64,000 nucleotides of DNA from Spirochaetales bacterium (GCA_037142615.1 JBAXAI010000019.1:1-64000); one strand, 5' to 3'. Shown: positions 18,460-28,365, counted from the first letter of the stretch. The notes: a model not told the origin generated them from the sequence alone. Numbers and translations are program-made.

Positions 18460-19293
18460 GTGAACACCATCCCCCTTCTTATGGAATCTGACGATGCCTT
18501 GGCCCGCTACTTTGAAGAAATCTCCCGTACTCCGCTGCTCGATTTCGAGCAGGAGCAGGCGCTGTCGCAGCAGGTTCTGGCCGGCAGTCGCACCGCAAAA
18601 CAGCGGCTTATCCAGGCAAACCTCCGGTTGGTGGTCAAGATCGCCAAAGCCTACACGCGCTACGGGATGTCGTTTTCCGATCTCATCCAGGAAGGAAATC
18701 TTGGGCTCATCCACGCCGCCGGGAAGTTCGATTTCCACCGCAACGTCCGCTTCTCGACTTACGCTTCGTGGTGGATCAAACAATCCATCGTCCGCGCTCT
18801 TGTCAACAAGAACCGCATGATCCGCCTGCCGCACCGCAAGGAAGAGGCCCTGAGGCGTATGTCCGGTTTGTTGGCCGAAGCCGGTTCGCATGCCCCCGGA
18901 GTCGACGAGCTTTCGACCCGTCTGAATCTGGGCCGCCGTGACGTGCTCCAGTTGTTGGAACTCGCGGGCAACGTCGCCTCGCTGGACAAAGAGCACGGTG
19001 ACGATTCCATGACGTTGATGGACCACGTGGAAGACTCTTCCTATCAACCTGAGCACCTTTGCCTCGCCTCAGCTTTGCACGACGATGCGCACCGGGTGCT
19101 CGGCTCTCTGTCGGGTCGTGAACAAGCCGTTATCCGGGCAAGATTTGCCTTTGACGGAGCCAAGAAGGGCACCTTGAAGACCGTTGCCAGCCAGTTGCGT
19201 ATTTCGGCAGAAACCGTCAGGCAGGTTGAACTCAGGGCGCTCGCAAAGCTCCGCAGTCAGTACGCAGGTCAGCACCTCTACCACGCGAACTAG
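18460..19293 (+). CDS. sigma70-family RNA polymerase sigma factor, RpoS-like (no region 1.1)
   Basis: ANLRLVVKIAK, DLIQEGNLGL, RFSTYASWWIKQ, region 4 ETVRQVELRALAKLR. Start at GTG 18460 after GGAGG. Confidence 0.88.
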   Translation: MNTIPLLMESDDALARYFEEISRTPLLDFEQEQALSQQVLAGSRTAKQRLIQANLRLVVKIAKAYTRYGMSFSDLIQEGNLGLIHAAGKFDFHRNVRFSTYASWWIKQSIVRALVNKNRMIRLPHRKEEALRRMSGLLAEAGSHAPGVDELSTRLNLGRRDVLQLLELAGNVASLDKEHGDDSMTLMDHVEDSSYQPEHLCLASALHDDAHRVLGSLSGREQAVIRARFAFDGAKKGTLKTVASQLRISAETVRQVELRALAKLRSQYAGQHLYHAN

Positions 19294-19300
19294 CTTTAAC

Positions 19301-19329
19301 TTGACCCCGGCTAGAGGTCCGACTATGAT
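19301..19329 (+). promoter_or_regulatory. sigma70-type promoter
   Basis: TTGACC-N17-TATGAT. Confidence 0.65.
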
Positions 19330-19365
19330 AACCGATCGGCCCTTCCTGGGCCCGGGGAGCGGCCG

Positions 19366-19593
19366 TTGTTTCAAGATATCGAAAAGACACGCGACACCAT
19401 CCTGCAGGCGATTGAGGACGGTCGGAAAATGTCGCTCACCAAGGGCCGTGCCTTCCAGATCGGCCCGCTTTGGTCGGGCCCTCTCGCTGAAACACTGATG
19501 GAGGTCTACCCCCACCTCTTTGAAGAAGGCTACAGCCTGGAAGAACTCTCCCAGATGCTTCAGGAGCCCGGGAATGACGGTCCTCGGGATTGA
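19366..19593 (+). CDS. Hypothetical protein (75 aa)
   Basis: TTG start after GGGGAG, promoter upstream, overlaps the tsaD start. Confidence 0.55.
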   Translation: MFQDIEKTRDTILQAIEDGRKMSLTKGRAFQIGPLWSGPLAETLMEVYPHLFEEGYSLEELSQMLQEPGNDGPRD

Positions 19594-20587
19594 GTCCTCC
19601 TGCGATGAGTGCGCGGTCGCCGTGGTCAGGGACGGCAAGACCATCCTTTCCTCGGTTATCAACAGTCAGGTAACTGCACACCAACCCTATGATGGGGTCG
19701 TACCCGAACTCGCTTCACGGCTCCATGTGGAAGCCATAACGCCAGTCTACCGTCAGGCGCTGGCAGAAGCTGGGTTAAGTTCCGCGCAGCTCGACGCCAT
19801 CGCCGTTACGAACCGCCCCGGACTCGTCGGCAGCCTGCTCGTCGGAGTGTCGTTCGCGAAGGCTCTCGCCTTCTCGCTGGACAAGCCTCTCTTGGGCGTC
19901 GATCACATTCTGGCACACCTGTACGCCCCGAATCTGGAACAACCCGTGGAGTACCCCCATCTGGGCCTTCTCGTTTCGGGTGGGCATACGCTCCTGACGC
20001 TTGTCAGGGCCTTTGATGAGGTCGATGTGCTCGGGACTACCATCGATGATGCCGTGGGGGAAGCCTTTGACAAGGTGGCCAAGTACTATGGGCTCGGTTA
20101 TCCGGGTGGAAAGGCCATCGATGATCTTGCCAAGTCGGGCGATTCGGGCGCCTACAAGTTTCCCCATTCGCGCCTCGACAAGGGCAACCACCCGTGGGAC
20201 GTTTCGTACTCCGGGCTCAAGACTGCCGTCATCAACCAAAAGGAACGCTTCCTCCAGCCCGGCAAGACCGCCTCCCTCGAAAACCTATGCGCCAGCTTCC
20301 AGAAAGCGGCGGTCGATGTGTTGTGGAACAAGCTTGAGGCGCTTGTCAAGGAAACCGGTGTGACACGGGTCGTGGCGGGCGGGGGTGTGGCCGCGAACTC
20401 CTACCTGCGCAGCCGGGCCGCGGCCCATCCACGCTGGACCGTTCGGTTTCCCTCGTTGGCGCTGTGCTCCGACAATGCCGCCATGATCGCCGGTTGGGCC
20501 TGGGCCGCGCTGCTGCGCGGTGATCGCAGCACAAACCAACTCAACGCCGAAAGCCGGGTTGCCCGCTTCAAGAGGAAGTATCCGTGA
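19574..20587 (+). CDS. tsaD: tRNA N6-adenosine threonylcarbamoyltransferase
   Basis: LGIESSCDE, GVVPELASRLH, HILAH, LLVSGGHT, DDAVGEAFDK, DNAAMI. Confidence 0.96.
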   Translation: MTVLGIESSCDECAVAVVRDGKTILSSVINSQVTAHQPYDGVVPELASRLHVEAITPVYRQALAEAGLSSAQLDAIAVTNRPGLVGSLLVGVSFAKALAFSLDKPLLGVDHILAHLYAPNLEQPVEYPHLGLLVSGGHTLLTLVRAFDEVDVLGTTIDDAVGEAFDKVAKYYGLGYPGGKAIDDLAKSGDSGAYKFPHSRLDKGNHPWDVSYSGLKTAVINQKERFLQPGKTASLENLCASFQKAAVDVLWNKLEALVKETGVTRVVAGGGVAANSYLRSRAAAHPRWTVRFPSLALCSDNAAMIAGWAWAALLRGDRSTNQLNAESRVARFKRKYP

Positions 20588-22614
20588 GGAACGTCTGGAT
20601 GTTCCTCCTGCTCGCGACTCTGGGGGCTTGCTCGCTCGATCTCCGTGAGCCGCTGAAAGTCCAAGGCCTGAGCGGCGTCGTCAACTTGCGCTCGTACGAC
20701 TTCGACTCGGGAGTCGCCGTCGAGCCCACGGGCTGGGGCTGGGACGCTGGCGTTCTCTGGGTCCCCGGTCGGGAAGGCCGTCCGGAATCGCTGCTGCCGG
20801 CTGTCTTTCTCGGCGGACCAGAAACTGGGGGTACCCTCGTGCAGAACCTCGTTCGGCCCTACCGGCCTGGCGAGCGTGGCGGCCTCACCTCCGCAACGGC
20901 CTGGGTCACTCTGCTTGTACCCCCTGGGAAGGCCTTGGCCCTGCAGATCGGTTCCTTTCCAGGCGCGCAGAGCGTCTGGGTGAACGGTATTTTGGTTTTG
21001 TCGCGTGGGGTGGTGAGCACCGAACCGGACCGCTACCGCGCCGACGGCTTCGGTAGTTTCGTTACCGTTCAACCCCAGGAAGGACGTTTGGAAATCGTAG
21101 CCCAGTTGGTAAGCGACGACCCACTTGTTTTGCATCCCGAACTCGGACGTAGATGGTACGTCGCTGCCACTGAGCTCCAGCTGAAGGCTTCCAGTCAAGA
21201 AGAGCTTTTGCGGGCTCTTCAGGTCGCTGTGCTTGGTGTCACCTTGCTAGGCTTTTTCTTCGTCGGATTCCTGAAGCGCCAGGTGGGAAGTTTGATTCCC
21301 TTTGGGGCTTTCCTGCTGATGTGCATGCTCAAGGCGGTCTTCAACGTGGAACAGGCCCAGCCCCTGCTGTACTTTCTGACGGTACCTTCGGGGAGTCGGG
21401 TCTACTTGTTCCTCAACCACGGTCTGAACTTCTTGCCGTTTCCGCTCTTCGTCTGGTTTCTTCACAAGCAGTTCCCTCTTGAAATTAGCCGTTGGTTCCT
21501 AGGAGTTCTGGCAGTTCTGACCGCAATATTCGAGATTTGGGAGCTGTTTCCGCTGGTGGCGCTGGCCAATGGTTTTGACACACCTTACCGCGCGGTGCTG
21601 GCCGGAGCGTGGCAATTCTCCCTCAACTTGTTCACCGTCGTAACGGTCCTGGTGCTTTTCGAACGCCTCTACGCCGTGTTTCGGACTGGCAAACCGGTCG
21701 CTCGATCGCTTTTTGTGGGAGGGGCCCTCCTCGGTTTGCTCACCTTGTTTCCTGTCGTTCTCAGCGTATTTCTTGAGGTCAGGTTCTCCTACTTCCTGAG
21801 TTGGGGAGTCTTCTTGTTTCTCCTGGTTGTGACGACCGACCTGATTCGCCTGGAAATCCGTTCCAGCGAACAACAGCAGCGCCTCCTGCAGATTCGGATT
21901 GGCGAACTGGCGGTGCTCGGGCATTTTGTTCCCCCCAATCTCGCCCAGCGCTTCGGCCACAGCCGAACAGAGGACCTAAGGGCCGGTGACCGGCGCCTTT
22001 CGGAAGGGATCTTTCTGGAGCTCGATTGCGCCGCCTCGCCAGAGCTTTGGCTTCCAGTGATTCAGGACATCGTCACCAAGCGCCAGGGCATTCACGTTCG
22101 TCGACAGGGAAACGTGACGACCTGGCTCACGGACGCTCGCTCCGAGAACGCGCTCGAGCTCGCGCTGGAACTGAGGCAGTGCTTTCAGGCGCTGGGCTTT
22201 GAGTATCGCCAGGTCCTCGTCCGAGGCGTGGTGGAACTAAGGATCCTGCCCGGGGTGCTTTGGCTGACTTCGGTGGAACCGCTTCCGCTGGAAAGGCTGG
22301 CTCAACTGCACCGGCGCGCACGAGACTGCGGAGCGACCTTGGTTCTGGATGCCGGCCTCAAGGATGGTTTGGTAGTTGGTGGCTGGCGAGACCACCGCCT
22401 GATATCTGACTCGAGTTCCGAAATCGAGCTCTTTGAACTGGAAACGGGCCCGCAAGTGCGGCTGAAGAGGGAAACCCTCTCCCTGTTTGAAGACGCGATG
22501 ATACTGGCAGCCCTGCAGAAGTTCACCGCGGCGCAGGAAATCCTGTTGGAAGTGCTCCGGCGCAACCCCCTCGACACCGCAGCGAAGTATTTTCTGGCCT
22601 ACTGGAGCCGCTGA
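20584..22614 (+). CDS. 7TM-DISM-like membrane protein with degenerate class III nucleotidyl cyclase-like C-terminal domain
   Basis: Lipobox-like LGAC, extracytoplasmic domain, about seven TM helices, then HFVP...DLRAGD cyclase lead-in; catalytic motifs are eroded. Confidence 0.55.
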   Translation: MRNVWMFLLLATLGACSLDLREPLKVQGLSGVVNLRSYDFDSGVAVEPTGWGWDAGVLWVPGREGRPESLLPAVFLGGPETGGTLVQNLVRPYRPGERGGLTSATAWVTLLVPPGKALALQIGSFPGAQSVWVNGILVLSRGVVSTEPDRYRADGFGSFVTVQPQEGRLEIVAQLVSDDPLVLHPELGRRWYVAATELQLKASSQEELLRALQVAVLGVTLLGFFFVGFLKRQVGSLIPFGAFLLMCMLKAVFNVEQAQPLLYFLTVPSGSRVYLFLNHGLNFLPFPLFVWFLHKQFPLEISRWFLGVLAVLTAIFEIWELFPLVALANGFDTPYRAVLAGAWQFSLNLFTVVTVLVLFERLYAVFRTGKPVARSLFVGGALLGLLTLFPVVLSVFLEVRFSYFLSWGVFLFLLVVTTDLIRLEIRSSEQQQRLLQIRIGELAVLGHFVPPNLAQRFGHSRTEDLRAGDRRLSEGIFLELDCAASPELWLPVIQDIVTKRQGIHVRRQGNVTTWLTDARSENALELALELRQCFQALGFEYRQVLVRGVVELRILPGVLWLTSVEPLPLERLAQLHRRARDCGATLVLDAGLKDGLVVGGWRDHRLISDSSSEIELFELETGPQVRLKRETLSLFEDAMILAALQKFTAAQEILLEVLRRNPLDTAAKYFLAYWSR

Positions 22615-23276
22615 CCCGCGAGCCGATGTTCCTCGGCCTCGCTGAGCCGCAGGTAGAAAGGGCCCTCATGAGGACTCATGGGTGGTTCGACGGACGATCG
22701 CGACTCCAGTTGTGCCATGAGTGCAGGGGTCCAGTCGTCGATCTGCATAGCATCCCACCCCGAAGGGAGCTCCCCAAGTCGAGTTGCCATGAGCTGACCC
22801 TGATAACCCGAGAGCGCGACCGACCCGGACCAGTGTTTCGTGATCTCGTCGAGCCAGCGGTCCGGGGACCAGTCCGAAACGGGAATCAAGACTCGGTCGC
22901 CGTGCACAAGAGTACCGTAGAACCGCTGTTTGCGTGCATCGATGGCTGCGAAGACCGCAGTCTCCGGCCGACGGTAGAGGCGGTTCCAGGTCGTAGCCAT
23001 CGCGTTCAGGCTATCGAGTGGCCATAAGGGGCAGCCCCAGCCCTCGGCCAGGCCTTTTGCCGTCGAAAGACCGATTCGAAGTCCGGTGAAGCTCCCGGGT
23101 CCAACTGCGACGCCGATCTGGTCAGGGACCTGTCCCTGAAGGAGGTCCTTCAACCGTGGAAGAATATCTCCCGCGTGATTGCCTTGTGACGCGACGTTGA
23201 TAAGCCGCAACGCATCGTTGGTTTTCCACCCGAGAAGGAGTTTCTCAGTGGCTGTGTCGATCACCAAGCGGGTCAT
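22599..23276 (-). CDS. tsaB: tRNA threonylcarbamoyladenosine biosynthesis protein TsaB
   Basis: IDTAT, GPGSFTGLRIGLSTAKGLA, IDARK. Start at ATG 23276. Confidence 0.93.
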   Translation of the reverse strand: MTRLVIDTATEKLLLGWKTNDALRLINVASQGNHAGDILPRLKDLLQGQVPDQIGVAVGPGSFTGLRIGLSTAKGLAEGWGCPLWPLDSLNAMATTWNRLYRRPETAVFAAIDARKQRFYGTLVHGDRVLIPVSDWSPDRWLDEITKHWSGSVALSGYQGQLMATRLGELPSGWDAMQIDDWTPALMAQLESRSSVEPPMSPHEGPFYLRLSEAEEHRLAGQRLQ

Positions 23277-23671
23277 GGCGTTACTCCTTCGAACGTGTTC
23301 GACACCCAAAGCTTTCGTCCAAAGGGCGTAATTTCCAAGACCAGATCCCAGCGCAGGGAGGGGAGCTCTGGGCCCAACCTTTGAGGCCACTCCACCAGAC
23401 ACACGGCACCGGACTCGAGTGTTTCCCACCCGCCAATGGAGGCAAACTCCTCAGGTCCCGAAAGTCGGTACAGGTCAAAGTGGGCCACAGCGAATCGCCC
23501 TTCATAGGTGTTTAACAAAGTGTAGGTTGGACTGGTCACCGTCTCGAGGACGCCAAGGCCAAATGCGATGGCTTTTGCCAACGTCGTCTTGCCCGCGCCC
23601 AACTCACCGCTGAGGCAAACCACTTGGCCCGCGCTCAAACTCGCTCCAAAACGCTCTCCCCAATGCCGCAA
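23273..23671 (-). CDS. tsaE: tRNA threonylcarbamoyladenosine biosynthesis ATPase TsaE (start may lie slightly upstream)
   Basis: GELGAGKTT, VTSPTY, HFDLYRL, VEWP. Confidence 0.93.
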   Translation of the reverse strand: MRHWGERFGASLSAGQVVCLSGELGAGKTTLAKAIAFGLGVLETVTSPTYTLLNTYEGRFAVAHFDLYRLSGPEEFASIGGWETLESGAVCLVEWPQRLGPELPSLRWDLVLEITPFGRKLWVSNTFEGVTP

Positions 23672-23709
23672 CGCTTTTGAGCTCGAGAACGACCTTGAAA
23701 CCGGCGTCG

Positions 23710-23973
23710 TCAGAGCAACGAGCCTTTCCGGTCAAGAAGATTGATTTCGTCTTTGAGGGACTTGAGAATGGGAACCAGCGGGTATTCGATCGCGTCGACG
23801 AAATTGATGCGAATGTCCTTGGACCCGATTGGCGTCATTTCGACGATAAACTCGATCCGTTTTGACAAAGTCTTCTTGTCGCTTGACTCAAAAACCGCGC
23901 GCGCTGTGTATTCGTTCCGGTAATGGAGCGGAACGTTCTTCTTCACGATGTCGGCGATCTCGGTCAATTTCAT
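23710..23973 (-). CDS. Hypothetical protein (87 aa)
   Basis: Clean ORF with TAGAAT 6 nt before the ATG; co-oriented with tsaEB. Confidence 0.75.
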   Translation of the reverse strand: MKLTEIADIVKKNVPLHYRNEYTARAVFESSDKKTLSKRIEFIVEMTPIGSKDIRINFVDAIEYPLVPILKSLKDEINLLDRKGSLL

Positions 23974-23998
23974 AAGCCCATTCTAAAGGAGGCCCCAC

Positions 23999-24841
23999 CT
24001 AGCGGTCAAGCTGGAAATCCAACACCTGACGAGCGTGTTCTCTCCGAAGTCTCGGCGCAAGTTCATATTCGATCAGGTCGCCCAGCAACACAAAGTCCTG
24101 GGCCTTGAGTGCCAGCTCAACCTCGGCCAAGAACGGCTGGAGGTCCCGTCGAAAGGCTCTCCAGAGTCCAGACTCTGCCGTTTCCGGCCCCGAAAGGGGC
24201 TCGAGCGCGTCGAGTTGTTCCACCAGCGTAAGGAGCTCAACGACCTGATCCAGAGCCTCTTTGTCCTTACCCTTTTGCCACAGGAGAGGAAGCTGCTCGA
24301 CCTTTTCCAGTTCCAGGCCAAGTTGGACCAGCGCCCGCTGACGGGCTTGCAGCGGGGTGCCCGCCCCGGAGCGCAACTGTTGAGTCAATCGCTCAAGGTG
24401 CTGCAAGGCCTCGGCCAACCGCGGAAGGTCGTCCCAGGCGGCGTCGAGTAAGGCCAGTTCCTTCTCCGCGCTCCTCCCGGCTTGTTTGGCCAAAGGAAGC
24501 AAGGTGGCTCGTATCGCGGGGAACTCAGCCCGAAGATCAGCGAGCACGGCCTTGTCGCCCGCTCGTGTTGCTGCTTTTGCCAGTTCCACGACTTCAAGAA
24601 CGACTCCCAAGCGTGCTGAAGTGCCGGTCTCAGCAGGAACTGTTTCCAACTCGATGGTGGCTACCAGTTCGAGCTTCCGCGCGAGTTCTTGCGGACCTGG
24701 AGCAACGCCATCGACAAGAAAACCCAGCACCGCGTGATTCTGAGTCAGCGACCAAGATTCCAGCGAACGGTAGAGGTCGGCAACGGTGACTTCGTGCTCA
24801 AGCGTCAGGTCGACCTTGGTCTGGTTGATCAGAAGTGTCAT
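23999..24841 (-). CDS. Hypothetical helical protein downstream of fliD
   Basis: 280-aa ORF 9 nt after the fliD stop; C-terminal DFVLLGDLIEYEL. Confidence 0.7.
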   Translation of the reverse strand: MTLLINQTKVDLTLEHEVTVADLYRSLESWSLTQNHAVLGFLVDGVAPGPQELARKLELVATIELETVPAETGTSARLGVVLEVVELAKAATRAGDKAVLADLRAEFPAIRATLLPLAKQAGRSAEKELALLDAAWDDLPRLAEALQHLERLTQQLRSGAGTPLQARQRALVQLGLELEKVEQLPLLWQKGKDKEALDQVVELLTLVEQLDALEPLSGPETAESGLWRAFRRDLQPFLAEVELALKAQDFVLLGDLIEYELAPRLRREHARQVLDFQLDR

Positions 24842-24850
24842 GGAAAATCC

Positions 24851-26818
24851 TTATTGTCCGGAGGTGTTGGAGTTGAGTGCGTTCAGCGAGGCAGAGTTCT
24901 TGTTCAGCGCGTTGAGTGAGGCTTCCATGTTCCCGTATTTCGTCTTGAGGTCCTGTTGGTAACGGGTGAGGTAGTCGTTGTAGTTCGAGATCTCTTTCTT
25001 CTTGGCCGTGAGGTCGCCCTCGATGGTGCTGATGTGCATGGCATTGAAGCCACCGAGCTGCGTAGCGGGTTTGAGCAGCTCGTCGACACCGAAAGCGGCC
25101 CCGGTGTTCACAATGAGCGACCCATCGGTACTGTTCCCAAAGAGTTTGCGCACCCCATCGACGTCTCGGGCGATGGATTCGTCGAGCTTGGGCTCGTCGA
25201 CCTCTAAATAGCCCCTGAGTTTCGAAACGTTGACTTTATCGCCTGTGTTGGCCGCGTTGGTCGAAATACCAATCTGCGCAAGCAGCGAAAAGGGAGATCC
25301 GTCGGTGGGGTAGGGGTTCATGAGTATTCGCTGCAAGCCGTTCTTTGTCTGGTTCAGGGCGATGTCCCCTTGAAATCGCCCCAGGTTAGCCTCTGCCTTG
25401 GACTTTTCTGCATCGGTCAGGTAGCTCGCCTCGGTGATAATCGGGGAAGCCGCTGGATTCGTGTCGCGAATCGAAGTCAGCACCAAAATGTCGGTGATCA
25501 GTCGGTTGTAGCTGGCCAAAAAGGAGATGATTCCGTCCTTGATCGCTTTTTTGTCGGGTTCTACTTTGACCGAAACCGGCTTGTCGGAGGCGCCCTTCAA
25601 GTTGAGGGTCACGCCCGGTATGAGGTCCGAGACAGCGTTGGAATCCCGTTTGACCCTGATGCCTTCAAAGTCGAGCTCCGCGTCGGAGGCCTTGGATAGA
25701 GGGTGTGTAGCCACCAAGCCGCTGGGAACCTTGGGATCGACCAGACTGATGCCCGAAACCGTGATGGAACGTGCGCTGTTGCCATTGGCAAGGTCAACCG
25801 AGCTCAGCACGGTTGCGGCCGGGAAGACATAGGTATAGGACGTTGCGGTTTCCGAATCGGGGAGTTCGGGCAAGGTCAGCGCCCCCGTCTCGACTTTCAC
25901 CGACAGACCTTTCATGCTCCGGACCTCGGGCGGCGGGGCTGCCGGCGGTGGCAGTGGAATATCGCCCTTCATGGCGGCCCCACTGATGGTGATTCCCTCG
26001 TAGGTGACAGCAGGGCTATCCGGCAGCACAAAGCCCTTTGCGTTCGTCGAAGCTGCCGCAGGTGCCGGAGCGACCTGAACTTTAACCGTCATACGGAGCT
26101 CAGTCCCCGCAGCCACGCTGATGGGACTCTCGGGTGCCCAGGTTTGACTGGCCCCCGGAACCACCGTGGTGTCCTTCTCGAGCAGCACTTTTCGGAATCC
26201 GGCCGGCGAGCCGATCATTCCAAGGTCCTTCAGGGTTGATTCGGCCGCCTTTTGAAAACTCAGGGAGTTCTTGGCACCTACGGGCACTGCTTCGAGCTGG
26301 AGGATTTGGGTCTCGGCTGTGTCCTTGATCAGAGATGCCTTCAGGAGGTCGGGTTTCTTAAGGTTGATGGCGTCGACAAAGCTGCTGAGCTTGCCGCCCT
26401 TGAACGTCAACGCGACTTCTTTGTCGCCGATCTTGAACAGGTAGTCTCCCGAGGGAATCTGCTTGTCGAGCGCGAGCGAGCCTGAAAGAAGACGGTCATT
26501 TGCCGCCGAGGCGAGTACCTTGACGTTGTAATTGCCATTCGAGGCCGCTCGCGTCGCCGAGACGGTGAGTGCATCCTCGTTTCCGGAGGTGCCTACCTTG
26601 CTGCCAAACGGCGTATTGAACCCATAGAGCACTTTGGCCGAATCGCGAACATCTTGCATGTACTTGTTCGTGGATTGCCAGACAACTTTGGTGTCTTCCA
26701 GTGTCTTTTGATCGGCCTGAAGTTTGACAAGCTTGTTTCGTTCGACTTTGACAAGACTGTCGATGATGGTTTGAGTACCGTACTTGCTGTTGACGCCAGG
26801 AATACTGATGTCGGACAT
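24851..26818 (-). CDS. fliD: Flagellar filament cap protein
   Basis: MSDISIPGVNSKY N-terminus, DSNAVSDLIPGVTLNLK, C-terminal coiled coil; follows flaG. Confidence 0.92.
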   Translation of the reverse strand: MSDISIPGVNSKYGTQTIIDSLVKVERNKLVKLQADQKTLEDTKVVWQSTNKYMQDVRDSAKVLYGFNTPFGSKVGTSGNEDALTVSATRAASNGNYNVKVLASAANDRLLSGSLALDKQIPSGDYLFKIGDKEVALTFKGGKLSSFVDAINLKKPDLLKASLIKDTAETQILQLEAVPVGAKNSLSFQKAAESTLKDLGMIGSPAGFRKVLLEKDTTVVPGASQTWAPESPISVAAGTELRMTVKVQVAPAPAAASTNAKGFVLPDSPAVTYEGITISGAAMKGDIPLPPPAAPPPEVRSMKGLSVKVETGALTLPELPDSETATSYTYVFPAATVLSSVDLANGNSARSITVSGISLVDPKVPSGLVATHPLSKASDAELDFEGIRVKRDSNAVSDLIPGVTLNLKGASDKPVSVKVEPDKKAIKDGIISFLASYNRLITDILVLTSIRDTNPAASPIITEASYLTDAEKSKAEANLGRFQGDIALNQTKNGLQRILMNPYPTDGSPFSLLAQIGISTNAANTGDKVNVSKLRGYLEVDEPKLDESIARDVDGVRKLFGNSTDGSLIVNTGAAFGVDELLKPATQLGGFNAMHISTIEGDLTAKKKEISNYNDYLTRYQQDLKTKYGNMEASLNALNKNSASLNALNSNTSGQ

Positions 26819-26882
26819 GACTGTTGCCGCTGCCTCCAGGTACCGGTCCTCCGGGAGGCTCGCCTTGCGCGGTCTACCCGGA

Positions 26883-27209
26883 TCAGATCAGCTTGTTGAT
26901 GAGCAACCCCACAGCATCTTTGATGCTCTTGTGAAGTTTTTGCAGCTCAACAGCAGGCATCTCCCTGATAACCTTGTCGGTATCTGCGTCAATGACTTTA
27001 ACGATCACATCGTTGGTGTCATGATCGACGCTAAAAGTCAGCCTGTGGTTCATCACTTGGCTCAACGAGTTCATCTGGGTGACGGTATGCTGAATCTCGG
27101 CAGGGGCCTGGGCTTGCGCCTGGACGACTCGGGTTTCAGCGGCTGAGGCACTCGCTGGATGAAGACTGAGGCGGGAGGCATGAAGCGTGCTGGAAATATC
27201 AATGGCCAT
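26883..27209 (-). CDS. flaG: Flagellar protein FlaG
   Basis: LTFSVDHDTNDVIVKVIDADTDKVIREMP. Confidence 0.9.
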   Translation of the reverse strand: MAIDISSTLHASRLSLHPASASAAETRVVQAQAQAPAEIQHTVTQMNSLSQVMNHRLTFSVDHDTNDVIVKVIDADTDKVIREMPAVELQKLHKSIKDAVGLLINKLI

Positions 27210-27230
27210 GGTTTCCTCCTGAAAGGAAGA

Positions 27231-27256
27231 AGAAGGGGGACGCGGCCCCTCCTTCT
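27231..27256 (-). terminator. Hairpin between flagellin and flaG, likely partial terminator
   Basis: AGAAGGAGGGG-CCGCGU-CCCCCUUCU followed by a pyrimidine run, just before the flaG SD. Confidence 0.45.
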
Positions 27257-27310
27257 GTCGACGAAAGTTCTTGAAGAGAAGACGTCCAGAATTCTCTCTT
27301 TGGAACCTGA

Positions 27311-28168
27311 TTAACCGAGCAGCTGGGTGACAGAGCGGGTATTGACGTTCGCTTGAGCGAGCATCGCGTTCCCGGCGTTCGACAAGACCTGGTTCTTGGT
27401 GTAGTTCACCATGGCACCAGCCATATCGACGTCACGGATGCGGCTTTCGCTGGCGGTGAGGTTTTCACCCGCGATCTGCACACCCTTGTAAGCCATTTCG
27501 AAGCGGTTCTGGTACGCACCGAGGTCGGCGCGCTGCTTACTGATCTTCTCATTGGCGGCGTCCAGCTTGGTAAGAGCCAGGTTGGCCGAGTCGGGGGAAC
27601 CAAGAGAAATCGTCTGTCGGCCCTGTGCGGTTTCGCTCTGGAGTCCCAAGGCGAGGCCGGTCATGGTCCCGATATAAATTCTCTTGTTTTGGTCTGCGTT
27701 GGCACCGACCTGGATTTGCATCACAGAGGCGTTGGCATTGTCGCGGGAGTAGCCTCCGGTCAGCATGTTCATGGTGTTGAACTGTGCATGGCTGGCGACG
27801 CGGTTGATTTCGTCGACAAGCTGGGAGACTTCCACCTGAATCTGCTGGCGGTCACTCTGGGTGTAAATACCGTTGGATGCCTGAACAGCCAGTTCCCGGA
27901 CGCGGTGAACAATATCCTGAGTTTCCTGCAGGTAACCTTCGGTGGTCTGAATGAAGGAAATCCCGTTCTGGATGTTCTGTCCGGCCTGGTTCAAGCCGCG
28001 GATCTGGGAACGCATCTTTTCAGAAACGGCCAGTCCGGAGGCGTCATCAGAAGCGCTGTTGATGCGTTGGCCCGAGCTCAGCTTGCTAAGGTCCTTCTGG
28101 ATCTCAGACTGAGTGGTACCAAGTACACGGTTGGCGTTGATGGCGCTCATGTTGTGGTTAATGATCAT
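27311..28168 (-). CDS. flaB: Flagellin (FlaB filament core protein)
   Basis: [52 protein letters not shown]. Confidence 0.96.
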   Translation of the reverse strand: MIINHNMSAINANRVLGTTQSEIQKDLSKLSSGQRINSASDDASGLAVSEKMRSQIRGLNQAGQNIQNGISFIQTTEGYLQETQDIVHRVRELAVQASNGIYTQSDRQQIQVEVSQLVDEINRVASHAQFNTMNMLTGGYSRDNANASVMQIQVGANADQNKRIYIGTMTGLALGLQSETAQGRQTISLGSPDSANLALTKLDAANEKISKQRADLGAYQNRFEMAYKGVQIAGENLTASESRIRDVDMAGAMVNYTKNQVLSNAGNAMLAQANVNTRSVTQLLG

Positions 28169-28188
28169 GTTTACCCTCCTGGATTCAT

Positions 28189-28210
28189 CAAAGGTATTCC
28201 TTTACCTTTG
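28189..28210 (-). promoter_or_regulatory. Probable CsrA-binding hairpin in the flagellin leader
   Basis: CAAAGGUA-AAGGAA-UACCUUUG: 8-bp stem with ANGGA loop; a second CAGGA overlaps the SD. Confidence 0.65.
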
Positions 28211-28365
28211 CCTTGCTTTTAGGAACCGCAAAAAACCACGCGTCGTTTTTCGGCGGAACCGGTCGAACAAGGAGCTGGAGTTTCGTCACGTCACGGATGA
28301 CGGCCAAAACCCCACGTCCTTGTTGACCTGGGCAGGTGAACCAGAAGAGCACTGTCAAAGAGCGG

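Noticed and set aside
23672-23713. CTG start for tsaE overlapping the upstream stop
   Set aside because: The frame is open, but there is no convincing SD and TTG at 23671 is an adequate alternative; cannot be decided from sequence alone.
28246-28275. sigma28 promoter for the second flagellin
   Set aside because: GCCGAAAA fits the -10 but the -35 position reads TCCT; too weak to list as a feature.
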